DNA of 63,981 nucleotides, filler included, from Stramenopiles sp. TOSAG23-6 (lineage: Eukaryota), in NCBI GenBank assembly GCA_900128565.1. It is 3 parts of 3 records of this genome, joined end to end, with 100 filler letters (N's around TTAATTAATTAA, not from the genome) between each part and the next. Parts side by side here need not be neighbours in the genome. Positions count along the whole stretch, not along the records: positions 1 to 25,473 come from LT635996.1; 2 more parts are not named here. One strand, written 5' to 3'. A model generated the notes under the pieces. That model searched no databases, was not told where the DNA came from, and was given only the letters and a program-made list of their open reading frames with translations. Made by a program: the position numbers and the translations under genes. Positions 11,543 to 23,554 of this stretch are shown here, piece by piece. Position 1 is the first letter of the stretch; every line of letters starts with the position of its first letter.

Positions 11543-12688
11543 TCATAATAGAATTTTTTTACTTAGAGCTAGGAGTTCTCTTGCTTCTTTTGAGATGTTT
11601 GTTTTTGACATATTACTATTTGCTTCTACATTTTTGCTCGTTGACAAAATTTTTGACTCCTTGGTCGTGAAATTAGGGTTAGGGTTTATAGATGTACTCT
11701 GACTTTTACGTACCATTTTTTTTGTATCATTTGGTTTAGTAGGAAAATTTTCCCTGAATTTCTCATCACTATTTAACAATTTTGTAGACTTCTCAAAGTC
11801 ATATTGAAAAACGTTTACTTCCTTATACTTTTTTTTAAATTGTTTCAACCTTCGATTTCTGTTAGGGTTAGGGTTATGACCTTGTGAATGAAGTTCTGTG
11901 GCTGCCTGTATTAGTGCTGATGCCACACTAATTTGAATTTGAACTGCAAATATTGCTTCAAATGCACAGCGTGCAGCGTATTTTGACGCATCTTGAGATA
12001 TTTCTTCAATCTTCTTTTCTTTATTTAAATTAACTACATTTTTTTGGTCTAGTGCAAGTAACCACTCATTTAGAATTTCTCGTTGGAAGGTTGCCATCAT
12101 TTGCTTTGATTCAAAAGAGTTATCGACTATACTAAGATTCAAGTCATTTAAAATTTCCCGAACATATTCCCAGTTGTTTTGACCATCTAAAATGGCTTTC
12201 TCTATTGATTTATCTAAAGCTAACTGGAATTTACTATCATTGACGCTATTCAAAACAAAACTATGCAGGCCTTCAGAAGTTTCTTCTGAAGTTTTTTCTG
12301 AAAATGTTATATGAAAATCATTATTTTTTAGAGTTGGGGGAAAACTCCGATTTGTCTCAAGTATCTTTGTCTCTTTAGAATTGGATATATATAAAGGCAT
12401 TGATATTGCATGTGGTTTACATACAGTTTTATGAAGATTCTTTAGAACAGTTCTAACATTTTGCGACTCGCAGATTTCTTTTTTTATGTGAGGTTGAGTA
12501 TATACTTTTTTTGTGTCTATCTGAGATTCTTGAGTATACTCTTCTTCGGCGAGTAATACTTTATTTCGTGAATATGCCACACTGGACTTTGAGCCGCGGC
12601 GCGACAACATAGAACTATTCAAAGAAGGTTTGGGAGCAGACCATGGACAAGGTAAGAGTGCTTGTTGGCAGCAAGGGGTTTTCTCCAT
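11543..12688 (-). CDS. Hypothetical protein
   Basis: 381 aa ORF. Confidence 0.65.
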   Translation of the reverse strand: MEKTPCCQQALLPCPWSAPKPSLNSSMLSRRGSKSSVAYSRNKVLLAEEEYTQESQIDTKKVYTQPHIKKEICESQNVRTVLKNLHKTVCKPHAISMPLYISNSKETKILETNRSFPPTLKNNDFHITFSEKTSEETSEGLHSFVLNSVNDSKFQLALDKSIEKAILDGQNNWEYVREILNDLNLSIVDNSFESKQMMATFQREILNEWLLALDQKNVVNLNKEKKIEEISQDASKYAARCAFEAIFAVQIQISVASALIQAATELHSQGHNPNPNRNRRLKQFKKKYKEVNVFQYDFEKSTKLLNSDEKFRENFPTKPNDTKKMVRKSQSTSINPNPNFTTKESKILSTSKNVEANSNMSKTNISKEARELLALSKKILL

Positions 12689-13013
12689 GAATAATTATTC
12701 TGCTTGCAAAGGTTTACCTTGAGATATTCTAGTGTATTTGCATGGCAAAGAACACCTGTTATAGATATTTATTGTTCTTAAATAGCCTACTTTGAATTTT
12801 CCTTTATACTTAGTATAAATTAATCGAAAGATACAACTCAAAAAAATCTAAAAGATACGTCGTATACGCGGCACGCGAACTTCAAATTTTATTACCGGGT
12901 ACCCTTGACCAGTAATTCAGGAACTCAAACAAGACGACGACACAATGTCATTTGTATACTTTGTATTAGCCTATAATCATTGAACTTTTTATTCAGTTTT
13001 GCACAAATATAAT

Positions 13014-13502
13014 ATGACATCAGAACTTTCAAAACATAGAAGACCCAGACGCGGAACAGCCATTACAGATGATGAAATTGCACATATTAATATAAAAGGA
13101 CTTAATAAAGCTATTCATAGTAGTTTACCCCCAACTCATAATCGACTTTGTCGAAAAGACGTCGATAAGGTTGTCACTGCAGCACCGCAGAAACACCCTA
13201 GACGCCCTCGTCGTGGAACAGCAATTACAGATGATGATATGTACCTTAATACAGCAATACGATCTAGAAGAAAATCAAATGATAGTACTACCGCACCGGT
13301 GAAAAGAAGAGGTCGTCGTTTCACAGCAGTATCAGACGAACAACGAACTCGACGTTCAATGTCACCTCACGTTCAAGCTGCAGCTGAAGCCTGTGCCAGT
13401 AGAACTGATAGCCGATGGAACCGCGTACAAAAAGCGTTTAAAGCTGTTGGACAAGCTGCTCGCTTTCCAATTGTAAATTCCAATGGCCCTGTCAATTCCT
13501 AG
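13014..13502 (+). CDS. Small basic protein with RRxRRGTAITDD repeats
   Basis: ATG at 13014; three related Arg-rich motifs. Confidence 0.65.
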   Translation: MTSELSKHRRPRRGTAITDDEIAHINIKGLNKAIHSSLPPTHNRLCRKDVDKVVTAAPQKHPRRPRRGTAITDDDMYLNTAIRSRRKSNDSTTAPVKRRGRRFTAVSDEQRTRRSMSPHVQAAAEACASRTDSRWNRVQKAFKAVGQAARFPIVNSNGPVNS

Positions 13503-14056
13503 CTAGTTTGAAGAAATTTTATTTTTTCTCGTTTCTAAAATATTTAACCCTAACCCTAAGACTGGATAAATATAGTCAATTTCATGAGTACTCCCTTTCC
13601 TTAATCTTTAGTGAAAAACTTGTAAATGATTGTTGATGATATGTGTGACATCACTGCTCTTCAGGATAAATATATAAAAAATATACCATCTTTCAAAAAA
13701 TTAATAGGCGAATTTAATAAACGACATAGTGTGGTACGTAATAGCATCTTTTTTCGTGTTCTTGTTATGTCAAAGGCGTTTTTTATTTTTTTTTTGTGTC
13801 CTTCAAATCAAATTTGATGGCTGACTATTCCAGTTGAGTTGTAACTGTAAACGAGGAAACATCATACCAAAAGGACTATACGGGTACCGCGTAGGAATAT
13901 ATATAGTGTCACTGTGTACACAACAATAACAATATAGATGTTCTTTCAAATCTTAACAATTGATTTGGAAAACAGTTGAATGCGAGTTCATATCATATTC
14001 TTTGAGCTACACAGCGGCTGTATGCAATAATTTACTAAAGTCTCGTACTTACTAAC

Positions 14057-15982
14057 ATGCCAAAAGCAAAATATATTCCTAAACTTAGAAGTGGTCGCCG
14101 TGTAGGGGGATCTAGGACACGTTCAGCTCAAAAGAAACTCGATATAGAGAGTAAAAAGGAGGAGGAAGTAGAAGTCAAAAAGAGTTTTTATACGCCAAGT
14201 GTGGCTGCAAAGGAAAGAAAGCGAAAAGAGGCTGAAAATCGAGCTCGTAGAAGACAAAAGATCATTCGTGAAAAGAAACTAAATGCACCTAAAAAGTCCT
14301 ACATAGATTGCCACGGTAAGCATGGAGACGTTAACTTAGGCACACCCAAACCTAATAGTTGGTGGGGTACTCAAATTTCAAAAAAAATGAGTAAACCGAT
14401 GGCAGTACCACGACCTCGACAATTCTTGCGTTGCCGGTGCATTCCTCCCTGTCGTCCTTGGCCAAACTTTGGTCCTTTGTTTGTTTACCCAGGAGAGGAA
14501 ATTAAAGAAAAAAATTACGACGAATATGAGATAGTAAAATATGCAGATCCATTTGCAGAGCAAATTGATGAAGTTACAGATAAACCGAGAGATGAATTAC
14601 AAAAAAATACATCAAATAATAATTCAACGACAGAATTGGCGAAAATCAAAAAAAATACAAAATTAGCGCCTCTTCCTGTGGCTATCCAAAGTCGAGCTGA
14701 ACGATTAAAGAAGGAGATGGATGCAGTTCAAATGGCAGAACGTTTCATTCATGAGAGTAGACTTGGTAATGAGTATGGTGTGATGCAACTAATACGTCAG
14801 AATGTAAATATAGATTGGCAGGGCCGTGATGGTAAAAATGCACTCATGACTGCCGCTCTTCTTGGACACTTGGGCACAGTTCAAATTTTAGTTAAATCTG
14901 GTGCTGATTTGGATCTTGTACGTTTTTCATGATGAATTTCGCATTTAACTTTTTTTGTACCAAATTTTGTAACTAACAAATTTCGATTTTTTGAAATATC
15001 TTTTCAGTGTACATGTAGATATTCAAGATCAGACAGCACTTATACAAGCAGCAGCTCAAGGTCGTTGTGCCACATGCATTTATCTTATCAAAGCTGGTGC
15101 CAAATGTGACAGAAGTGATAGAAATGGTAATACAGTATGTACGTTTTATCATTAATTTTTACCTAAACTTTTTTGTACCAAATGTTGTACCTAAACAAAT
15201 TTCCAATAATAAAAATATTTTTCACAATATATATTCACATTCCCGGGCAAATCAAGATTGTTTAGCAAAAGTTACTGCACTTTTGACTAGGTTAGAAGGC
15301 CGTCGGCGAGAGTCTGCTACATGTGCGTTTCCATCATGAATTTGTTTTTTTGTTTCGTACCAAATTTTGTACCTAACAAATTTTACAAAAAAAATATGTT
15401 TCACAATACATTTGTTCAGAAACATTGGCGAAGGTTGAATGGTCAACGAATACGGAAGGTAATGGTTGCAGCTATTGCAAAAGCAAAAGTAGATCTTCTA
15501 GAAGCTGCAATTAATACACAGCGATGGGAGAGAGGAAGACAAGCAAGGCTTGTGTACGTTTTCATCAGGAATTTCAAAAACAAATTTTACCAAATTTTGT
15601 ACTTAACGAATTTCAAACTTTAAATATTTTTTCACAATACGTGGCTGAGGGATTACGTGAAGAATATAGAAAAAGGGTTAAAGCTCGCTATTACGTTACC
15701 ATTCGTATTCAATCAATCTTTCGAAGACAAAGAGCAACTATGGTTGTATCACAAAGGAGAATTGCATTTAACATGAGTGCATTGAAAATTCAGAGATTAC
15801 AACGTGGTAACCGAGCAAGAAAATATTTTCGGGAACTCTTGACGTTTGATAAGAAACAAAAGCAAGTTGCTCGAAAGAAAGCAGCAACTTTAATGTGTCC
15901 GATTGTTCGTGGTTATTTTGGTCGCCAAAAAATGAAAAAGTTATTTGGTTATGTGTATATCAAAGAAGACGATTGGGTTTGA
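14057..15982 (+). CDS. Ankyrin-repeat + IQ-motif protein, four introns
   Basis: Splicing 14918-15014, 15139-15232, 15323-15411 and 15554-15642 joins the ankyrin repeats (GADLDL-VDIQDQTALIQAAAQG) and IQ motifs (SATFVQKHWR, IRIQSIFR, LKIQRLQRG). Confidence 0.85.
14918..15014 (+). mobile_element. Introner-type GT-AT intron
   Basis: CTT|GTACG...GTACAT|GTA restores the ankyrin consensus spacing. The nearby TTTCAG is out of frame. Confidence 0.85.
15139..15232 (+). mobile_element. Introner-type GT-AT intron
   Basis: AT|GTACG...CACAATATAT|; core TGTACCTAAAC. Confidence 0.75.
15323..15411 (+). mobile_element. Introner-type GT-AT intron
   Basis: AT|GTGCG...CACAATACAT|; restores the IQ motif. Confidence 0.85.
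15554..15642 (+). mobile_element. Introner with GT duplication (GT-GT, or GT-AC if shifted 2 nt)
   Basis: CTTGT|GTACG...CAATACGT|GGCT gives RLVAEGLREE. Confidence 0.8.
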
Positions 15983-16121
15983 AGAAGTGCATTTTAAATA
16001 TATACTAAACGCTAACTATTTAATAAAAAACGAAAATAAAAAATACAATAATAAATTACGTAGAAAGAAATACTATCTAATATTGAAGTTTAATAAAGAA
16101 AAACACAATAAAAATTTCATG

Positions 16122-17199
16122 TTATTTTTTTTGTCTTGGTTTAATCTCCGCTTCTGGAGTTTGATGAATTAATATATGACTTTTTGCTGTCGCTGGATTA
16201 TGATATTCCCTGCCCTTATGCCAGTCGTATGATACACTGTAAGCAAATAATTGACCTGTTGCATTCCAAGCAGTCGCTGTGATGGGTTGATTACATTTTT
16301 TGAAAAATTTCAACCTCTGTTTGCTATCCTTATCCCAAAAATTAAAGCAACCATCAGCGCCTGCAGTGGCAAAGGTACCATACTGAGGATGAAACGCTAT
16401 TGAGTTAACTGGATAAACATCGGCGTTCTGTCGATGACACTTGAAAGCAAAACTTTTACTCGGATCAACTTTATCTTCAATAAGCTGAATCGCCACTCTG
16501 CCTTCAATTGAGCCAACTGCATAACCTGTCTTATCTGTAAAACATGAAATACAACAACTTTGAAATTTAAGAGGGGACGTCATAGTCCGAAATGCATTTT
16601 GGGGTTTACGCAAATCGTATATTTTAATTTCTCTTTGAGGACCACCTAATGCAACTACCATTAAGGGATAAGATACATCCATAGCATAGACGCGTTCGTT
16701 AAGCTGATACTGCATTACAACCTTGCCTGGTGTACGAAGATCGTTATATTTTACTGTTTTATCCCAGCTCGCTGTTACTACAGATTGTGCTAATTCTTCA
16801 ATATATCGAACAGCAATAACAGGGGCTGCGTGTTGTGCAATTTGCACGCCTTGATTTTGACCAGGAGTCCACATCTTTGCAGTGTTATCACAGGACGATG
16901 NAAATACNTTTTGTNCCATNTTTCGACCAACAAACATCCGTGACGGGAGCTTGATGCTTAATAGCAGCCTTTGCTTGAGCCTGTATATTTGATCCTTGAT
17001 GTTGAACATCCCAAAGCATAACTTGATTATCCCAAGTACCTGCAACAAGAAAATTGTTCGTTGGAGCAAATGCAAGCGATGAAACTGAGTCCTTGAGAAC
17101 TCCCGGAGATACTTCGTAATCTCCATTTGGATTGTGTGGTGAACTTTGTGCTGTCGAGCCAAAGGTACTACCACCTCCAAATCCCCCAAAACCAGCCAT
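16122..17199 (-). CDS. RAE1: mRNA export factor Rae1/Gle2 (WD40)
   Basis: GSIEGRVAI, FAFKCHR, FATAGADG, WDKDSKQRLK and SYDWHKG. The frameshift near 16900-16920 coincides with n bases. Confidence 0.93.
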
Positions 17200-17594
17200 T
17201 GCGAGTTATATTTCTAGTTGATTTGTAGAGTAGGTATTGTCCAGTCAGCGGAGTTTTCAAGGGGTGTCAGTGGAATTTTCTAGGGTTCTTCGGGAACTTG
17301 ATTATTAGGTAAATGACGCAGAGCAAGTATAGAATCTGATTTCAATAGCTGCAGTATGTAGATAATCAAAGAAGTACTTCTTGACTTGGCTTGTGCGACG
17401 GCTCGGTACTCTCGGTCATTCGCAGTTTTTTTAAGGGGAAGCTAGACAAGCAGGTTTGCGTATGTATTTTATCCGAAGATTTTTGAAAACATTTCAAATC
17501 TGAAATCCAAAGAGACAAGGATCGAGTAAACAAAGTGATATCAATAAGGATATCGTTACTTTTGAGTTTTTGAAATCATTAATATTCCAGTAAT

Positions 17595-18572
17595 ATGCAA
17601 CAATTTGAAAAATATTTATTCAACATCATCATAAGCATATTAGTCATGTGCGTTCAATCAAAGCATCATCATTCAATAGTGACGGAAACAACACCAGATA
17701 TTGTTGATGCTGCTGGTAACGTCATTGAGGAAAACTCGAACTTTATTGATATTACTAATCGCAATACACTCAAAAAAAAACCTGCTGCACCCCAAATGAG
17801 ATTTAAAAACACGAAAAACAACAATGACACTGAAAGAACTTTAACCGAACAAATTGAAGAACAAGAAAAAGCTAATAAAATGATGAAGAAAAGTTTGAAA
17901 AGTCTAAAAGGGAATGAGGCCTCATCAGACGCACCTCACTCGATCACAGCAAGTTCAGATCGCTTTGAGGAAAAGGTATCAAATGGTAATACGTTAGATA
18001 TATCACAAAGAGCACAGCTTAGATCAGAAAAAATGATGGAAGAGATTAACATGGAAGCCGAGAAAAAAGCTAAAGTTGAACCGAAGAGAGAAGTGGAATC
18101 AAGTAAAATAGAGAATGGTAAAAGCGAATCTAAAATGATGATGTCAAGTATGGATGACCCTAATCTAGAGAATCAAGTGAAATTAGACAAAGTGGAGAAT
18201 GGCGACTTTAATAAAAACAAATCTAAACCGGAAGACCGTTCTAATAATGATGAAAGTAAAAATCAGGATTCAGAAATACATGCAAGGTTTAATAAGCTGA
18301 AGGAATACATTAGACAAGAAGCAAAGTATGAGAATCCGGAGAATGTTTTGCAGGAACAAAGAGAAGAAAGAGAATTTGAGAAGGCTTTTCGTTTTAAAAT
18401 AGGTAAAAGAAAAAAAAAGCAGAAACATAAAAGTGCATCGTTAGAAATCCTGAAGAAGTTGTCGAAGGAGATGATGGAGACGGAGGGGAAAAAGCAAAAG
18501 CAATTAGAAGAAAACTTTCAGAAAGCTTATAGCTCTAAACTGAATAATAATAGGCACAAGCACAAAGGGTAA
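17595..18572 (+). CDS. Predicted secreted charged low-complexity protein
   Basis: 325 aa ORF with a signal-peptide-like N-terminus. Confidence 0.7.
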   Translation: MQQFEKYLFNIIISILVMCVQSKHHHSIVTETTPDIVDAAGNVIEENSNFIDITNRNTLKKKPAAPQMRFKNTKNNNDTERTLTEQIEEQEKANKMMKKSLKSLKGNEASSDAPHSITASSDRFEEKVSNGNTLDISQRAQLRSEKMMEEINMEAEKKAKVEPKREVESSKIENGKSESKMMMSSMDDPNLENQVKLDKVENGDFNKNKSKPEDRSNNDESKNQDSEIHARFNKLKEYIRQEAKYENPENVLQEQREEREFEKAFRFKIGKRKKKQKHKSASLEILKKLSKEMMETEGKKQKQLEENFQKAYSSKLNNNRHKHKG

Positions 18573-18707
18573 ACCTAGGCGAAGAAATCAAATGAGAAAA
18601 AATAATGCGTCGAAGGCAAAAAAAATGTAAAGCCGATTTTGCTCCAGGTAGTTTGAAACAAAATACTTTATTTATGGAATAAACATTTTTCGGAATTATT
18701 TTCGTCC

Positions 18708-19517
18708 TTATGCTCGATCTTTTCTATTTCTTACTGCGTCGTGTAGCTCTCGTTTGTCTACGTTGGCTTCTGGTGGTTTCATACTTAGCAATTCTATTGG
18801 CCACCATGCTCCACCGTCGATAATAGGTAAGTTTGGTGAGAGCTCTGTGTAGACTTTAATTTTGACAGAGGAATCTGACTCGTCAACTCCTTGTCCATCA
18901 TCTCCATCAACTTCCGCAAGTACCCCTGCCCATTTCGGGTAATCTATTTTACATTGTTTCCATTTGTCTTCAAAAACTTCCTTCCATCGCTCGTTTGATA
19001 AATTGTTCATCTCGGTTGCAGTTAATGTCATAACTACATCACCATGACCTATTTGATCAATATCATCTTCAGTCAAAGGTTCGAATAATCCCATAAATTT
19101 ACTCATATACATTTTTCTAAGGTTTCCAAAAAATGATCTCGTCAAGCTCCCTCGAAAAATCTTCTGTAATTTACGAGCTGCCCTTGATTCACTCTCTTCT
19201 TGAGCAACTTTTGGTGTCTGGGTCTTACCTAGATTGTTTTGCATTCCAACCACTACTTTATTTTTCTCCCGCGTTTTTTCCGGAAATACTAATTTATCAA
19301 CCATATGTGCTTCGCTACTTATCTCTATTTTTGTGCCATTTGATAGAATGATTGAATTTACTCTTGTTTTAGCCTTTGATAAAAGAAACTTTCCGAGATA
19401 AAAGTGCGGATCTTCGGGTCTCGATAAACCCATTTGTGTGAGACCAGATACTATTTCATTGAACACAGTTGTTTTTAAATATTCTCGGGCTTCAGAACTA
19501 TCAGCCATATTCTTCAC
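18708..19517 (-). CDS. Dpy-30-like dimerisation domain + IQ motif protein
   Basis: AREYLKTTV...GLTQMGLSRPEDPHFYLGKFLL; AARKLQKIFRG. Confidence 0.75.
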   Translation of the reverse strand: MKNMADSSEAREYLKTTVFNEIVSGLTQMGLSRPEDPHFYLGKFLLSKAKTRVNSIILSNGTKIEISSEAHMVDKLVFPEKTREKNKVVVGMQNNLGKTQTPKVAQEESESRAARKLQKIFRGSLTRSFFGNLRKMYMSKFMGLFEPLTEDDIDQIGHGDVVMTLTATEMNNLSNERWKEVFEDKWKQCKIDYPKWAGVLAEVDGDDGQGVDESDSSVKIKVYTELSPNLPIIDGGAWWPIELLSMKPPEANVDKRELHDAVRNRKDRA

Positions 19518-19794
19518 TAGTAGTATTTTGCGTCTGAGTGTTTGTTGTGCTTGAATTGGCTACTAGTACTAATTATAATGAGTAGATCTACTGTATTTGT
19601 AGTGTAGTAGTAGGAGAGTATACTATCTTCAAATCCACCATCCGACGGTTATATTTCTTTTAACCGTTACGTACGACTTATAATAGACGCTTTCATTTCT
19701 TTCCTATTTTGTCCACTTCGTTGGTACTACTACTACGTTGTTGAAGCAAAGAATATTATTCAAGTAGTTGCTGTGGGTAAAAGCGCTCGATAAT

Positions 19795-22700
19795 ATGGAG
19801 ATATCAGAAGCAAAAACATATACACAATCCGATATTGATGCATTGAATGGTGCAATAAAGATGCAAAAGCATAGGTACAATGAAAAAACTAAAGAACTTC
19901 AAAGCAAACACGAGGCTGATATGAATAGCCTAAATGAATCCATCAAAAATATGAAGCATCGTCAAAACGAAAAAATGCTTACGCTAGAGAAGGAATACGA
20001 ATCCAAAATCAGTGCACTGAATGGTGCCAATCAACGTCAAAAGTTTAACTTCGAAGAGAAAATTAAAAAGCTTGAAGAGAGTTATGATGCTGACATGAGT
20101 TCAATGAAAGCAAAAACTGGAAGTACCACAAACTTGGTTGAAATACAACAAAAGCATAAATTAAGTATTGAAAAATTACAAAACACTCTAGACAATATAA
20201 AAAAGACTCATCAAATTGAAAAAAGTAATATAAAAGAGAAGTGTGAATCTGACATTAATGCTCTAAACACTGCAATACAAGAACAAAAACACGTGTATCA
20301 CAAAAAGATTGCAGCTTTACAAGCAAAACATGAATCAGTCTTGGAGTCTAGCAAAAGTCGTACAGAAAAATTTGACGAAGCTGAAAAGAAGTATAAATCA
20401 GATATTTTAGCGATTAAAAAAGCTATAGAAGATCAAAAAAAAACACACGATGAAAAGATTGCAGCTCTAAAAACAGAACATGAAAAAGAAATGTTGTCCA
20501 GTGAGCATCACGGTCAAGACATTGTCAAAATGGAGGCAAAGTATCAGGCTGATATTGACAGTCTTACTTCTGCTATTGCGGATCAAAAGCATAGATATCA
20601 TGAAAAAATGTTAGCTTTGGAAGCGAAGCACAAAAGTGATAGCGACAGATCCGTAGAATCGATGAAGAAGTATCAAGCTGATATAGATACTCTGAACACT
20701 TCTATAAAGTTTCACAAACACAGATTTCATGAAAAAATTGCAGATTTAGAAGCAAAGCATAAAGTAGAGACTGGTAATGCTAAAGCATTTGTGGAAGCTG
20801 AAAAGAAGTATCAATCCGATATTGAAGCTTTGAACAAAGCTACGGAAGATCAAAAACGTTTATATGAGAAACAAATTGCAGCTCTAGAAGCAAAACATAA
20901 ATTGGCATTATTACCAAAGAGTAGTGATAATGGGAAGCTGCTTGAAAATGTCAAGAAGTATCAATCTGATAATGATGCTCTTCAAAAAGCTATGCAAGAT
21001 CAAAAACGTGAATTCGATGACAAGATTGCAGCTTTAGAAGCAAAACATCAATCAGAGATCAAACCGGATAATGAAAAGGAAGTTGGAGTTGAAGTTGAAA
21101 AGAAGCATCAATCTGATATTGATGCTCTTCAAAAAGCTATGCAAGATCAAAAACGTGAATTTGATGACAAGATTGCAGCTTTAGAAGCAAAACATCAATC
21201 AGAGATCAAAGCGGATAATGAAAAGGGAGATGAAGTTGAAAAGAAGGCTCAATCTGATAATGATGCTCTTCAAAAAGCTATGCAAGATCAAAAACGTGAA
21301 TTTGATGACAAGATTGCAGCTTTAGAAGCAAAACATCAATCAGAGATCAAAGCGGATAATGAAAAGGAAGTTGAAGTTGAAAAGAAGCATCAATCTGATA
21401 TTGATGCTCTTAACAAAGCTATGCAAGATCAAAAACATGCATACCATAAAAAAATTGCTGAAGCCGAGGCAAAATATGAATCAGACATCAGCAAAACAGA
21501 TGATAAAAAGCAGGCCGAAGTTGAAAAGAAGTATCAATCTGATATTGATGCTCTTAATAAAGATATTGATGCTCTTAATAAAGCTATACAAGATCAAAAA
21601 CATGCATATCGTAAAAAAATTGCTGAAGCCGAGGCAAAATATCAATCAGACATCAGCAAAACAGATGATAAGAAGCTGGCTGAAGTTGAAAAAAAGCATC
21701 AATCTGATATTGATGCTCTTAACAAAGCTATGCAAGATCAAAAACATGATACCNTAAAAAAAATGCTGAAGCTGAGGCAAAATATCAATCGATAATGGTT
21801 TCAAGAAGAAGTAATAATGAAGAATTCGCGAAAAAGAAAAACAGATATGAATCTGAAATTGCTGCTTTAGAGAAAGCTATGCGAGATCAAAAACGTGCAT
21901 ATGAAGACAAAATTACAGGTTTAGAAACAAAGCATCGTAGTAATATAGATGATCATCGACGAAATATCAACAAGATGAGAAGTAGGGCTAAGCTTCATCG
22001 AAACAAAGCAGAAGTAGCTGCATCCAAACATGTGACTGAAGTTGCAATGCTAAAAAGTAAAATCCGAAAAAAAGAAGACGAACTAAATGAAAAGACAAAG
22101 CACATGAATAGAACGATTTTTCAGTTGAAAACAAAATTAAAAAAAACATCAAGTGAAAATACCGAAAGTGGCAACAAAGCTTTGAAGAATGGAAAAGAAA
22201 ACCCAAAGAATAAAACTACCAAAAAAAGAGTCGTATTATTAAATGATATTTGGTCTAACCCAGAAAATTATACAGAGTACAATACTGAATGGAATAATAA
22301 GTTTACTCCTTTAAATCAAAGAGATAAATTATTTTCATTGGCAGGTGGAGGCTATTTGCCTAAATCTCAAACATTGATTTCTATAGATAGTAAAAGACCA
22401 AAATATCTTAACAGCAAAAGGAATGAGACATGTAACAATAATAATGACAATGTGGCTTCTCTAGATAGCAAAATAGTCAGCGGTGATGATAGAGACATGA
22501 GCGATTGGGAATATGCAACGGATTACTTTCAAAAAAATCCTGATATTTGGGATCTATTATTAGACTCCAATGTTGATCCAATGGGATTGATAATATTGCG
22601 CATGGTAAAGTTAGATCTCAGGCCTCGAAAAGTACTAGCAGCCATTCCTTTTGACTCGTATGAACAAACAATATCCTGGAAAATATTTGGTAGATGTCTT

Positions 22701-23099
22701 GCAAAAATAGGTTTAATTGAACGTCGTTTTTGTGGTGTGAATGGTGCTAATTTTAGACAATACATGCTTCGTATACCAAGAAATTCCTCATTTTGGACGA
22801 ATTCTTCTATACTACAATCTTCATGTACGTTTTTCTCATAACCAATTTTCGAATCAAGAATATTTTTTTAATATGTTTTATTTTTTTTTTNTATGAANTT
22901 NTTTTTNATAACGAAATTTTGTACCTAACAAATTTAAATATTTTTTTTTGCAATATTTTTCCAAAATACATCTTCCTTTAATTACAAAACTAGCATGCTT
23001 ACGTTTCATGATGTTTTAAATGGATTTCAGAAAACAATGAAAATACTTCGTCTTCATTTGGAAAAAAGAGATACAAAATTAGGTCAAAAGTCCGATTAA
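19795..23099 (+). CDS. Large coiled-coil repeat protein, intron 22825-22971
   Basis: ATG at 19795; repeated KYQSDIDAL.KAMQDQK units; frameshift at an n (21754); last exon ends TAA at 23099. Confidence 0.75.
20950..21790 (+). repeat. Coding tandem repeats, approx. 120-135 bp unit
   Basis: Near-identical copies of CAATCTGATATTGATGCTCTT...AAAGCTATGCAAGATCAAAAAC. Confidence 0.85.
22825..22971 (+). mobile_element. Introner-type GT-AT intron
   Basis: AT|GTACG...CCAAAATACAT|; the reading frame continues to a stop codon. Confidence 0.8.
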
Positions 23100-23554
23100 T
23101 AATGTTTGATTGGTTTGTTTTATGGGAAATTATTATTGAAAGAGAAAAAAGTAAAAGAAATTATGGAAAAAAAAATGTTAGGTACGAAATTTACTACGAA
23201 AAAAAAAAGTAAAAGAAAGTAATGTATAGGAGTATAAAAAAAAGATTCAAAAAAATAAACTACTATATAAATTTAAAACTACATATTTTCAATCATATAA
23301 ATTAGGTTATTTATAAAGACAAATAATAGAAATTTCGTAAATTGCGTATTTTACTTGACAATTTAAATTTGTTGATTGTTGATGTCAACAATGTCGAGTA
23401 CGATTATTCATCGAGATTCGTTAGGGTTAGGGTTTCCGGCCAATAAAAAAAGTAAACACAATCAATCAAATCGAAATCGACCGTAGTCGAAGAGTCTCAA
23501 GAGTCAAGACTTAGTCTCTTGTTGAATCCTCAAAATCCTTTCTTGTTGAATATA

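Noticed and set aside
16888-16925. Programmed frameshift in RAE1 (also at 21754)
   Set aside because: The frame changes coincide with n bases and are probably assembly errors.
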